A DNA stretch of 60,685 nt, filler included, from a candidate division WOR-3 bacterium (GTDB lineage: Bacteria > SDB-A), in NCBI GenBank assembly GCA_016934535.1. It is 4 parts of 4 records of this genome, joined end to end, with 100 filler letters (N's around TTAATTAATTAA, not from the genome) between each part and the next. Parts side by side here need not be neighbours in the genome. Positions count along the whole stretch, not along the records: positions 1 to 21,811 come from JAFGSQ010000046.1; positions 21,912 to 47,299 come from JAFGSQ010000050.1; 2 more parts are not named here. One strand, written 5' to 3'. Under the pieces are notes generated by a model that worked only from the letters and a program-made list of their open reading frames with translations, was not told the DNA's origin and did not search any database. A program made the translations under genes and the position numbers. This document shows positions 18,170 to 27,171 of this stretch, one piece after another; the stretch's first letter is position 1; every line of letters begins with the position of its first letter.

Positions 18170-18715
18170 ATGGTTCCCAAGGGTGTATTTCTGACGAACG
18201 GTGTCGGAGTTCACAAAGACATGCTCGCGTCTTTTGAGCTTGCTCTCAGAGACGCGGGAATTGAAAAATGCAATCTTGTCTATGTGTCGAGCATCCTGCC
18301 TCCGAAATGCAGGATCATATCGCGTAACAAAGGCCTCGAAAAACTTAAGGCCGGCCAACTGACTTATTGCGTGATGGCAAAAAACCAGACAAACGAACCG
18401 AACAGACTGTTATCTGCGGCAGTCGGAATGGCCATGACCAAAGGTTATGAACAGTACGGATATCTGTCGGAACACCATGCTTTCGGTCAGACCGAGAAAG
18501 CCGCCGGCGAATACGCTGAGGACCTTGCCGCTTCGATGCTCGCGACAACTCTGGGAATTCAGTTCGACCCAAATCTCGCCTGGGACGAAAGAAAGCAGGT
18601 GTACAAGGCCAGCGGCAATGTTTTTGTGACACGCCCCATAGCTCAGTCTGCAAGAGGCAATAAAGACGGTTTATGGACGACGGTCCTCGCCGCCGCCGTT
18701 TTTCTCCTCGATTAG
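18170..18715 (+). CDS. pdaD: Pyruvoyl-dependent arginine decarboxylase
   Basis: SFELALRDAGIEKCNLVYVSSILPP (Ser-Ser self-cleavage site), YGYLSEH and WTTVLAAAV. An alternative ATG lies at 18155. Confidence 0.92.
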   Translation: MVPKGVFLTNGVGVHKDMLASFELALRDAGIEKCNLVYVSSILPPKCRIISRNKGLEKLKAGQLTYCVMAKNQTNEPNRLLSAAVGMAMTKGYEQYGYLSEHHAFGQTEKAAGEYAEDLAASMLATTLGIQFDPNLAWDERKQVYKASGNVFVTRPIAQSARGNKDGLWTTVLAAAVFLLD

Positions 18716-18724
18716 AGGTGAAGT

Positions 18725-19579
18725 ATTTTATATAAAAATTTCGGTGGATTGGAACCGGAATATTCAAAAAGGCAAAACTCCGGCATTGTAGTCATTCCGG
18801 TACCTTTTGACTTGACGAGTTCCTGGTTAAAGGGAGCCGATAAAGGACCTGCGGCTATTATCGAAGCTTCCTCAAACATGGAACTCTTCGACGCAGAAAC
18901 CGGCAAAGAGGTCTACAAAAAAGGAATCTTCACCGAAACTCCCGTGATTACCGACAGCACTAAACGCATGGTCGAACAAGTGAAGAAAAAAATTCAGGAA
19001 CATATTGCGGAGAATCGGTTTCCCGTTACCGTAGGCGGTGAACACTCCGTTTCGATCGGAGCTTTTCTGGCTTTCGCACGGCAATTTGACCGTGTAAGCT
19101 TACTGCATCTCGATGCGCATTCGGACAGGCGCGACGAATACGAAAACGATAAATACAATCACGCGTGCGTGGTAGCAAGAGCTGAAGAAGCGGGATTGAA
19201 CGTCGTCTCTGTAGGCATAAGAAGCCTCGACGTCACGGAAAAAAGAATATTATCGGACGAACGAGTATTTACGGCCGAAAATATAAGGAAGGACTGTGAT
19301 TGGATACGAAAGGCAGTTTCAAAACTTGGAAATGACGTTTACGTAACAATAGATCTGGACGTTTTCGATCCTTCTATTTTACCGTCAACGGGAACACCCG
19401 AACCCGGAGGGCTCGGATGGTATGATGTGCTGGATCTTCTGAAAGAGACTGCTTTGAGAAGAAACGTCATAGGATTCGACGTGGTTGAGCTTAAACCCGA
19501 TTCAAACAGGCATTCGGAATTCACTGCCGCCAAACTGATTTATAAATTTCTCGGATACGTTTTTGATAAAAGGCTTTAA
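18725..19579 (+). CDS. speB: Agmatinase / ureohydrolase (start probably ATT 18725; track start is TTG 18749)
   Basis: GADKGP, GGEHSVS, LDAHSD, TIDLDVFDPS..PSTGTPEPGG and DVVEL. The frame extends upstream through NFGGL to an ATT preceded by GAGGTG. Confidence 0.92.
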   Translation: MLYKNFGGLEPEYSKRQNSGIVVIPVPFDLTSSWLKGADKGPAAIIEASSNMELFDAETGKEVYKKGIFTETPVITDSTKRMVEQVKKKIQEHIAENRFPVTVGGEHSVSIGAFLAFARQFDRVSLLHLDAHSDRRDEYENDKYNHACVVARAEEAGLNVVSVGIRSLDVTEKRILSDERVFTAENIRKDCDWIRKAVSKLGNDVYVTIDLDVFDPSILPSTGTPEPGGLGWYDVLDLLKETALRRNVIGFDVVELKPDSNRHSEFTAAKLIYKFLGYVFDKRL

Positions 19580-20137
19580 ATGAACGAACACATAATAACA
19601 TGGGTTTTAATCCCGATCCTGATAATGTTTGCCAGAATAATAGACGTCTCTATCGGCACAGTCAGGATTATATTCGTCGCCAGGGGAAAGGCGACTATTG
19701 CAGCAGTGCTGGGCTTTTTCGAGGTCATAATATGGATACTTGCTATTTCACAGGTCCTGGCCAATCTAACTAATGTTTCATGCTACATCGGATACGGGGT
19801 GGGTTTTGCTATTGGAAACATACTGGGAATTAAGATAGAAAAGAGAATAGCTTTCGGACTGCAGATGATTACGATAGTCACAACAAATAAACTTGATGTA
19901 CTGCCTATGCTTCTCAGGGATGAAGGTTACGGGGTGACAACGGTCAGCGGAAAAGGGGCGAAAGGAGACGTCAGAATCATTTACGCAGTTGTCGAAAGAA
20001 AATTTGTTCAGAATGTTCTCGGTTTGGTAAATTCAACTGAGCCTGAAAGTTTTGTAACGGTCGAGGACATGGTCTCTCTGCACAGAGGTTTTGTAAGAGA
20101 GAGGCAAAAAATCGGTTTGTTTGGGAAAAAAAAATAA
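19580..20137 (+). CDS. DUF5698/DUF2179 (YebE/UPF0316-like) membrane protein
   Basis: ARIIDVSIGTVRII, GFFEVIIW, GFAIGN..G, and the C-terminal 'GYGVT...GKG..G' PII-like domain. Confidence 0.88.
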   Translation: MNEHIITWVLIPILIMFARIIDVSIGTVRIIFVARGKATIAAVLGFFEVIIWILAISQVLANLTNVSCYIGYGVGFAIGNILGIKIEKRIAFGLQMITIVTTNKLDVLPMLLRDEGYGVTTVSGKGAKGDVRIIYAVVERKFVQNVLGLVNSTEPESFVTVEDMVSLHRGFVRERQKIGLFGKKK

Positions 20138-20148
20138 GGAGAAATTAG

Positions 20149-20616
20149 ATGAAAAACGATAAGGAATTCGCGTCATATTTCGTTCAGAGTCAGAACATAT
20201 ACTTTCTTGATGGTAAAGATAAAAAGGAGATAATTGTCGAGCTTTTGTCGAAGACGCCTCAGGAGAACTTGAAAAACTACGACGAAGTCAAAAACGAACT
20301 GCTTAAACGCGAAGAGTTGATGTCGACCGGAATAGGTCTCGGAATAGCCTTTCCGCACATTGGATCAGTCAACGTGGAAAAACTTTCAGTCTGCGTCGGG
20401 ATACTCAAAGACGGAGTGGAATGGGGTTCCATAGACGATTTACCGGTCAAAATTGTGATTTTAATAGTTTACCCTTCCAAAAAAAGAACCGAGTATCTCA
20501 CTCTTATTTCAAAATTGAGTTCCGTTCTAAAGGAAGAAATAAACAGGGACAAAATAGAGAAATCAAGCGACAGCGGTGAGATTTTCAACACACTGACGAA
20601 GAATATAATTATCTGA
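20149..20616 (+). CDS. PTS EIIA (fructose/nitrogen-type) domain protein
   Basis: REELMSTGIGLGIAFPH with the phospho-accepting His; WGSIDDLPV. Confidence 0.88.
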   Translation: MKNDKEFASYFVQSQNIYFLDGKDKKEIIVELLSKTPQENLKNYDEVKNELLKREELMSTGIGLGIAFPHIGSVNVEKLSVCVGILKDGVEWGSIDDLPVKIVILIVYPSKKRTEYLTLISKLSSVLKEEINRDKIEKSSDSGEIFNTLTKNIII

Positions 20617-21462
20617 GTGTTGGAAATGATTATAACTGCGATTATTCTGCTCAGCACGTCGGTCGCGCTCGTTCCATCTATGCCGGATGCCGACAATCCA
20701 TGGACTATCCAGATACTTTCCATAACCGGCTTGGACGATATTTACGAAAATACGGAGCGGTTGAATTCAATTCTGGAACGGGAAGGATTTCCTCAAACGG
20801 GTGCCTATCCGCGCTTTTTCATCGCGCAGGGTGTTTTCCAAAATAAAAGAGTTTACAGAGTGTGCGCGGGTGCTTTTGACGGAACAGAAAAATCGAAAGA
20901 GACTGTATACCGGCTTAGAGCAAGGGGTGTTCCGTGTTTTTCGAGAAGGCTTGTCGGAGGTGAGGTTGAAACGTGGGAAAATTTATCAGTTTCAGAAGGA
21001 CGGATTGTTTTCGGCTCAGGTCATTTTGTCGAACTGTTTGAACCCGGAGATATGTCATGGCAGAAAGGGAGAGCATATCTGTCTTCCGACTCCGCGTACG
21101 CCGCTTTGACGTATTCAAACGGGACAGGATACGAGGGGGAAGGTGAAAACATCATTATTCTAAACTTGAAAAATTTAGGCGAGAACATTGCCGTGATAGA
21201 TCAGAGAATGGTTTTACCTGTAATGTGGTTTCAGGGCGAAGAGGATTCTGTCTTGCTTGTAGTTGAATTGATAAGCGGAGGAACGGCATACGGCAACGAG
21301 GTTATTGTTATCAACTGCGAAGACGCTGTTGTAGTTGAGCGCTACAGGCACTGTACGATAAATAACTACGGCCCTACCGCATTGACTTTAAACGTCATGT
21401 CGGTTGAAGAGACTATTCTTGGCGAGGTTGAGGTTAATCTATTAGACCTTAAAAATAAATAA
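20617..21462 (+). CDS. Exported hypothetical protein with SPOR-like N-terminal domain
   Basis: Signal peptide. 'WTIQILS...YRVCAGAF...LRARG..CF' resembles SPOR. Confidence 0.55.
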   Translation: MLEMIITAIILLSTSVALVPSMPDADNPWTIQILSITGLDDIYENTERLNSILEREGFPQTGAYPRFFIAQGVFQNKRVYRVCAGAFDGTEKSKETVYRLRARGVPCFSRRLVGGEVETWENLSVSEGRIVFGSGHFVELFEPGDMSWQKGRAYLSSDSAYAALTYSNGTGYEGEGENIIILNLKNLGENIAVIDQRMVLPVMWFQGEEDSVLLVVELISGGTAYGNEVIVINCEDAVVVERYRHCTINNYGPTALTLNVMSVEETILGEVEVNLLDLKNK

Positions 21463-21608
21463 TATTTTCCTGATTGTCTTTTAAAAGTCCGTTGAATCAG
21501 GTTACTTGCATCGCGGTTAGCGCGGAAATTTATTACAGCTTTTGAATGAGATCATTTATCTGCAAATTCCATCCCGTCGGGAATGCTGGATCTGACACCG
21601 CCTGAATC

Positions 21609-21809
21609 CTAAAACCGTTCATACGTGAACATTTCATTTTTTTCATGACTTTCTTCCGGTTTGCCATAATAATTTATTATATAAAATGGACTACAGATGC
21701 CATTATTTATTAATTTGTAACCTGAAATCACTAGTGTCCTATAAAAAATAAAAAGAAAAAGACTGGTTCCTAAAAAGAAAATATAATCAAAAAAAGCTAA
21801 AAAAAGGAA
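21609..21809 (-). CDS. 3' fragment of a putative membrane protein, truncated by the contig end
   Basis: Stop-free minus frame from the contig end: FLFLAFFDYIFFLGTSLFLFIFYRTLVISG...FTYERF*. Confidence 0.4.
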   Translation of the reverse strand, partial: FLFLAFFDYIFFLGTSLFLFIFYRTLVISGYKLINNGICSPFYIINYYGKPEESHEKNEMFTYERF

Positions 21810-21811
21810 CC

Positions 21812-21911
21812 NNNNNNNNNNNNNNNNNNNNNNNNNNNNNNNNNNNNNNNNNNNNTTAATTAATTAANNNNNNNNNNNNNNNNNNNNNNNNNNNNNNNNN
21901 NNNNNNNNNNN
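21812..21911. other. Artificial contig/scaffold spacer
   Basis: 44 N, TTAATTAATTAA (stops in all six frames), 44 N. Confidence 0.98.
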
Positions 21912-22093
21912 AATTTTTTCGCTGATTTGAAATAAAAATAGATTTCAAAAAAATACTTTATTACTGAAAAGATAATCACAAATAATATAAGAGTCGCGAA
22001 AATATACGGGATACTGATGAAGGTTTCCTGTAAACCGGATAATGACGTTATTATATTCCCCTTGAGGACAAGTGTCATAAAAAGAAATTCCAC
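21912..22093 (-). CDS. 5' fragment of a putative membrane protein running into the gap
   Basis: GTG start and a hydrophobic stretch IPYIFATLILFVIIFSVIKYFF. No stop before the contig end. Confidence 0.35.
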
Positions 22094-22241
22094 CGATTAA
22101 TATTAATTAATCCTGGAGCCGCAGTAAAGGTCATAGAACGCCGATTATCCTGTTCAGTCGTTTTATAACTCACTCGATTCAGTTAACGCTCAAGATGTGG
22201 TATATTGATTTAGAATTTCCGACCGGCAAAAAGGGGTAAAA

Positions 22242-22472
22242 ATGAAAATTCTTTTTATGTCTTTATTATTGATTCCGGTTTCACTATTCGGCAAAACATT
22301 TAATCCCTCCGATAACTTTTATTATGCAATGGATATTGCAGTAGTGAACACGGACGTCACAGCGGCTTTTCTTTTGAATTCAGCGTGGGATAAGATCAAA
22401 AGAAATCAATTGGAGAGAAAATACCTCAATAAACCAGTTCGCACCGAAAATCACTGTGATCATTTTCATTGA
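22242..22472 (+). CDS. Short hypothetical protein with signal-peptide-like N-terminus (possibly a gene remnant)
   Basis: AGGGGT RBS and MKILFMSLLLIPVSLFG. Only 76 aa. Confidence 0.35.
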   Translation: MKILFMSLLLIPVSLFGKTFNPSDNFYYAMDIAVVNTDVTAAFLLNSAWDKIKRNQLERKYLNKPVRTENHCDHFH

Positions 22473-22511
22473 GAATTAAGTGAGTGAATTTTTCAGTTCA
22501 TCATTTTCACC

Positions 22512-23234
22512 ATGCCGGCAGTAAAGATTCTGTTTCACGGATGTCTCAACGATTTTCTTCCTGAAGCCTTGAAGTTGAATTACATAACTATCGAGCTTCG
22601 TACGAGTTCGTCAGTCAAAGACGTTATGGAGAGCCAGGGCATACCTCATCCCGAGGCGGGTCAAATCCTTGTAAACGGATTACTGGTATCGTTTGATTAC
22701 AGAGTCGGAAACGATGACAGGATTGAAGTATTCCCTCTGAAACAAGATATGAAAGAATCTCCTAAGTTCGTTCTTGACGTGCATCTGGGAGCTCTGACGA
22801 GAAAACTCAGACTCCTCGGTTTTGACAGCAAATACAGGAATGATTTCGAGGATTCCCAAATCGCGGAAATATCTTATATCGAGGACAGAACAGTCCTGAC
22901 GAGAGATATAAAACTTCTCATGAGAAACAAGGTGGCTAAAGGACGGTGGCTGAGATCAAAAAACACTGACGAGCAGTTGGACGAAGTCTGGGAAATTTTC
23001 AATTTGAAAGCAAACATGAAACCCTTCAGCCTTTGCATGAACTGTAACGGAAAACTGATTCCTACTGAGAAGAAAATAATTTCATCTTTTCTTCTGCCGG
23101 GAACGGCAAAAGAGTTCAACGAATTCTATCAATGTAAGGACTGCAAAAAAATATACTGGCGCGGTTCTCATTATCCGAAACTGGTTGAAATCATCGAGAG
23201 ATATAGCGGCGATCACTTTAATAAACAATCATGA
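22512..23234 (+). CDS. Ubiquitin-like + Mut7-C RNase (PIN fold) + zinc ribbon protein
   Basis: SVKDVMESQGIPHPE (Ub-Mut7C), FVLDVHLGAL.RKLRLLGFD, LTRD and CMNCNG...CKDCKKIYWRGSHY. Confidence 0.92.
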   Translation: MPAVKILFHGCLNDFLPEALKLNYITIELRTSSSVKDVMESQGIPHPEAGQILVNGLLVSFDYRVGNDDRIEVFPLKQDMKESPKFVLDVHLGALTRKLRLLGFDSKYRNDFEDSQIAEISYIEDRTVLTRDIKLLMRNKVAKGRWLRSKNTDEQLDEVWEIFNLKANMKPFSLCMNCNGKLIPTEKKIISSFLLPGTAKEFNEFYQCKDCKKIYWRGSHYPKLVEIIERYSGDHFNKQS

Positions 23235-23259
23235 TTAAAAATTCAAGCAATACAAGAAG

Positions 23260-24495
23260 GTGCGGATGATTTATTTGATTTCGGTAATTCTTTCAAGCAT
23301 GTTGATTTCAGCAGCGTGTTCGTTGTTTGAGGCATGCATTTTGAGCATATCCAACAGCGACATAGCGGCAATGGCTCCTAAAAAGCCCAAACTCGCCGAA
23401 GTTTGGAAAACGCTGAAAGGTAACATACAAAAACCGATAGCTGTCATACTGATAATAAACACGATAGCCCACACGATAGGAGCGTCTCTTTCAGGCGCTC
23501 AATTCGATGAACTCTACGGCCCAAAATGGATAATCCTGTTCTCTCTCGTTTTTTCGTTCGCGATGATACAATGGACTGAAATTCTTCCGAAAGCGCTGGG
23601 AGTCAAGTTCAACAGGAACATCGCGGTTATAGGCACTTATCCATTGCTGGTTCTTATCAAGATTTTCACTCCGTTCATAAAATTCGTCGAACTATTAAAC
23701 TACCCTTTTATAGGCAAATACAAAGAAGAGGAAAAATACGACACTGTCCAAGAGATATCAGTTCTTTCCCGTTTCGCTTCCATAAACAATCTGATAAGCC
23801 ATGATCAGGCTAAAATAATTTCAAGAACGATCGGGCTCAAGGATAAAAAGGCTAAAGACATTATGATCCCAAAAAAAGAATTGAAGATACTGACCGACAA
23901 TATGACTCTCATGGAAGCCCTGATAGAATCACACATACACAATCACACGAGATATCCTTTGGTGAGTTCTGAAAATATTAATAATGTGCTCGGTTATATC
24001 AATTTCAAGGACATCGTCAGCGCTCTTCAGATAAATCCCTCAAATCCTTCGCTTAAAGGCATTGTACGCCCAATTCCGGTTTTAAGGGATGAAGACAGTT
24101 TTCAGACTGTGTTCAAGCGGCTCACGCTGAATCATCAGCACATAGCCGTTGTAAAAAATGACGCCGAGGAACTTGCGGGGTTAATAACGATCGAGGACGT
24201 CATTGAGGAGCTTGTCGGTGAGATCGAGGACGAATACGATATATTGCCGTCTCACATATATCCTATCACTCTGAACCGTTTCATTGCCGGAGGCGGAGCC
24301 TCAATAAGACAAATCAACGAATTCATGGATACAGACATCCCCGAACCTGACGCACAATTGAACGCCTGGATAAAAAACCATTTCGGATCAGAACAAAAAC
24401 CAGGCAACAACTTTAAATTTGACGGTGTGGTTTTCGTTATAAAAAAGATATCACGTCTTAAAGTAAACGAAGTTTTAATAGAAAAACTGACCTGA
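23260..24495 (+). CDS. CNNM/DUF21-CBS-CorC (hemolysin/TlyC-like) membrane protein
   Basis: SAACSLFEA, ILIINTIAHTIGA, TEILPK, HTRYP and TIEDVIEELVGEIEDEYD. Confidence 0.9.
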   Translation: MRMIYLISVILSSMLISAACSLFEACILSISNSDIAAMAPKKPKLAEVWKTLKGNIQKPIAVILIINTIAHTIGASLSGAQFDELYGPKWIILFSLVFSFAMIQWTEILPKALGVKFNRNIAVIGTYPLLVLIKIFTPFIKFVELLNYPFIGKYKEEEKYDTVQEISVLSRFASINNLISHDQAKIISRTIGLKDKKAKDIMIPKKELKILTDNMTLMEALIESHIHNHTRYPLVSSENINNVLGYINFKDIVSALQINPSNPSLKGIVRPIPVLRDEDSFQTVFKRLTLNHQHIAVVKNDAEELAGLITIEDVIEELVGEIEDEYDILPSHIYPITLNRFIAGGGASIRQINEFMDTDIPEPDAQLNAWIKNHFGSEQKPGNNFKFDGVVFVIKKISRLKVNEVLIEKLT

Positions 24496-24693
24496 CAGGA
24501 CGGAAACGCAGAACACCGGCGCAGATTTCAGAATACTTCCGTTTCCGGAGAATTCTTTCGACATTTATGGCTCTTCAGGAAATCCAAGGAATAAATTATT
24601 TTCATCCGCAACGGATTGGGGACCGATATATAGTATTACAACACAGAGCTCAGCTTGACTGTTTTCAGAAAATAACAGCCGTTACTCAAAAAC

Positions 24694-24731
24694 AAAAAAA
24701 GCTCTCAATTTAAAATGCTAAACTGAGAGCT
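24694..24731 (-). terminator. Rho-independent terminator downstream of the RRM gene
   Basis: Stem AGCTCTCA / TGAGAGCT followed on the minus strand by T7. Confidence 0.7.
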
Positions 24732-24776
24732 ACACAACTTTCTTATATTATTATGAGATAAATTGCCGGGAATTAA

Positions 24777-25037
24777 TCAGTATCTCGGATTTTCCTCTTT
24801 GGGACGGGCTTCGTTTACTCTGATCTTTCTGCCTTTGATGTCTTTTTCATTAAGATCCTTCATGGCATTTTCAGCTTCTTCGTTGTTCGGCATTTCGACA
24901 AAACCGAAACCTTTCGGACGTTTCGTCACTCTGTCCGTTATGATGTTTACAGATGCGACTTCTCCGAATTTTGAAAACATGTCTCTCAATTCGTCTTCGT
25001 TCAGTTCGTAGGGCAGATTACCCACATACAGCTTCAT
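24777..25037 (-). CDS. RRM RNA-binding protein (Rbp type)
   Basis: RNP2 LYVGNL, RNP1 KGFGFVEM and VNEARPK. Confidence 0.95.
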   Translation of the reverse strand: MKLYVGNLPYELNEDELRDMFSKFGEVASVNIITDRVTKRPKGFGFVEMPNNEEAENAMKDLNEKDIKGRKIRVNEARPKEENPRY

Positions 25038-25126
25038 ACAGTACCTCTTACTTGTGCGATTCTAAAAAACGACACGGAGAATCCCCATGGATTTTTTTCC
25101 ATGCCAATACCAACATTACTAGGGAT

Positions 25127-25155
25127 AGTTTATCGGCAAAGTCTCGTTTTGTCAA
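25127..25155 (-). promoter_or_regulatory. Sigma70 promoter of the RRM gene
   Basis: Minus strand TTGACA, 17 nt, TAAACT. Predicts a 5' UTR of about 80 nt containing a CATGGA/TCCATG hairpin. Confidence 0.7.
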
Positions 25156-25203
25156 CTACTTAAATTACAATTTATCAAATTGTCATTTCTGTCAGAAAAA
25201 AAT

Positions 25204-27171
25204 TCAGTAAACACTGTCTGTGTCCGGTTCGAGATTGAACTCAAAATGAAGAAAATCCTGCATGTCCGAAGAATCATTTTCTTGTTTTATTGTCGTATCC
25301 GGTTTAGAGAGTACACCCTGATTTATTGTCCCGATTTCCTGACTACTGTCATAAGTATATACGGGCATGTAGATAACATCCTGAGACAACGGCGTTATAC
25401 TCCCCACGAGAGGTTGATACGGAGAAATGTTTGTAAAATAATACTCGAATATCAGTTTCGATATCGGTGCCGCTATCCTTCCGCCTGTTCCTCCGGCGCT
25501 TTCAATTATCACTACGATGGCTATTTCAGGATCTTCTGCCGGAGCGAATCCTATGAAATACGAGTGGTCGTGCTCCCCTATGTGTTCAGCGGTACCTGTC
25601 TTACCTGCTATTGTTAGACCTTCCAAGTGACATTCGTACCCGGTACCGTCTTTGTTGTTGACAGCGGATATCAAGGCTCTCCTGACATATTCCAGATCCG
25701 AAGGATTTATACGCAAGGGTTGTTTTTCTATTTTTGCCCTGTAAACGGACTGACCTCTTTCGTCGAGTATAGAATCGACTAGATAAGGTTTAACCAAAAA
25801 ACCCCCGTTTGCTATCACGGAAAAATATCTGATCATCTGAAGCGGGGTCGCGAGCAGTTCCCCCTGACCTATGCTTAGATTCACAACCACTCCCTTGGGC
25901 CACTTTCCGACGCCGTAACGTGAATCCATCCAGACGCTGTCGGGAAGAAGGCCGTGAGATTCCGGATACAGGTCTATCCCTGTTTTTTCACCGAATCCGA
26001 ACATCCTCAGCCAGCTTATGTACTGCATGAAACCTATTCTGAGACCGACCTGATAGAAAAAAATATCGCACGAATGCATGAGTGCCCCTCCTAAATCGAG
26101 GTGCCCGTGAGGTCCTCCCGAGCATTTATGCGGAAGTCCGTCTTTAAGATCGATGTTTCCCTCGCAAGGTTCAAGCGGCGGACCGGTGTCCAGCACTCCC
26201 GCTTCAAGCGCGGCAATCGCTGTGAGGGGCTTTATTGTGGAAGCAGGTGGAAAATTGCTGGCTATGGCTCTATTCAAAAAAGGATGAAGGGGATTTGCCA
26301 CTATGCTGTCCCATAGCTCTTTTCTCAAACCGAAGGAAAGGCTGTCAGGAGGGAAAGAAGGCTTTGAAACCATAGCCAGTACGGCACCTGTTCGGACATT
26401 CATGACTATTGCCGTGCAAGCGTTATACCAGAGATAAAAATAGACCTTCTGCTGAAGCCTCGTATCTATTGTGGTATATACGTCACAACCCCTTGACGGC
26501 AGTACTGGATCTTTTTCCGAAAACGGTTGTAATATTCTTCCGAGCTTGTCGACCTCGACAAATTCGTAGCCCCTTTTTCCTTTGAGAAAAATATCGTAAT
26601 ACCTCTCGATCCCTATTTTACCTATTAAATCCCCCTGGTTGTAAACAGACGTGTCGAATCTGCTTAGTTCCTGGGAGGAAATTTCACCTAGATATCCTAT
26701 TACGTGAGCCGTGTATTTTCCCAGAGGATATTCTCTTACAGGTTCGGCCACTATCTGAACACCCGGAAGCTCATCCCTGTGCTCTTCCAGTTTGCTGATC
26801 AATTCGAGGCTGACGTCTCTTTCCAATCTCTTCATTCTAACCGAATTTGTGTCTATCTTATCGAAGATATAATTGTTGTCGACTTCGAGATAAAATGCGA
26901 GTGTGGGCGCTACGCCCGGATATTTTTTTAAAAGCTGGGGATCGACCAGAATCGAATAACCAGGCCTGTTCCTGGCCAGAAGAACCCCTCTTGAATCATA
27001 TATGTTGCCACGGGATGGTTCCACCCATCTCAGCTGAATGCTGGTTCTAGATGATTTTTCCTGCCAGAAGTCACCCTGCAGAATCTGAAGGTTAAAAAGA
27101 TTCGCAGCGATGAGAACGAAAGCGAACGCGATCATATATTTCAGTATTTTTCCTCTTTTTAGATCCATCAT
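25204..27171 (-). CDS. mrdA: Penicillin-binding protein 2
   Basis: RGNIYD, REYP, GKIGIE, PASTIK (SxxK), SCD, SIGQG and AGKTGTAE. Lies directly downstream of mreD. Confidence 0.93.
   Translation of the reverse strand: MMDLKRGKILKYMIAFAFVLIAANLFNLQILQGDFWQEKSSRTSIQLRWVEPSRGNIYDSRGVLLARNRPGYSILVDPQLLKKYPGVAPTLAFYLEVDNNYIFDKIDTNSVRMKRLERDVSLELISKLEEHRDELPGVQIVAEPVREYPLGKYTAHVIGYLGEISSQELSRFDTSVYNQGDLIGKIGIERYYDIFLKGKRGYEFVEVDKLGRILQPFSEKDPVLPSRGCDVYTTIDTRLQQKVYFYLWYNACTAIVMNVRTGAVLAMVSKPSFPPDSLSFGLRKELWDSIVANPLHPFLNRAIASNFPPASTIKPLTAIAALEAGVLDTGPPLEPCEGNIDLKDGLPHKCSGGPHGHLDLGGALMHSCDIFFYQVGLRIGFMQYISWLRMFGFGEKTGIDLYPESHGLLPDSVWMDSRYGVGKWPKGVVVNLSIGQGELLATPLQMIRYFSVIANGGFLVKPYLVDSILDERGQSVYRAKIEKQPLRINPSDLEYVRRALISAVNNKDGTGYECHLEGLTIAGKTGTAEHIGEHDHSYFIGFAPAEDPEIAIVVIIESAGGTGGRIAAPISKLIFEYYFTNISPYQPLVGSITPLSQDVIYMPVYTYDSSQEIGTINQGVLSKPDTTIKQENDSSDMQDFLHFEFNLEPDTDSVY

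Noticed and set aside
21463-21630. GC-richer intergenic stretch with small hairpins (TCCC-GTC-GGGA, GTTCA-TACG-TGAAC) considered as 6S RNA, tmRNA or a riboswitch
   Set aside because: No recognisable conserved motif set. It lies between convergent gene ends and partly within a probable ORF tail. An Rfam/Infernal scan would be needed.
21856-21867. TTAATTAATTAA repeated three times in the window (also 47344-47355 and 56245-56256)
   Set aside because: Always centred in 100-nt N blocks. It is an artificial six-frame-stop linker, not a biological repeat.
24496-24690. Intergenic inverted repeats (CGGAAACG/CGTTTCCG, ATCCG-CAA-CGGAT) as a possible ncRNA
   Set aside because: Short stems between convergent genes with no family signature.
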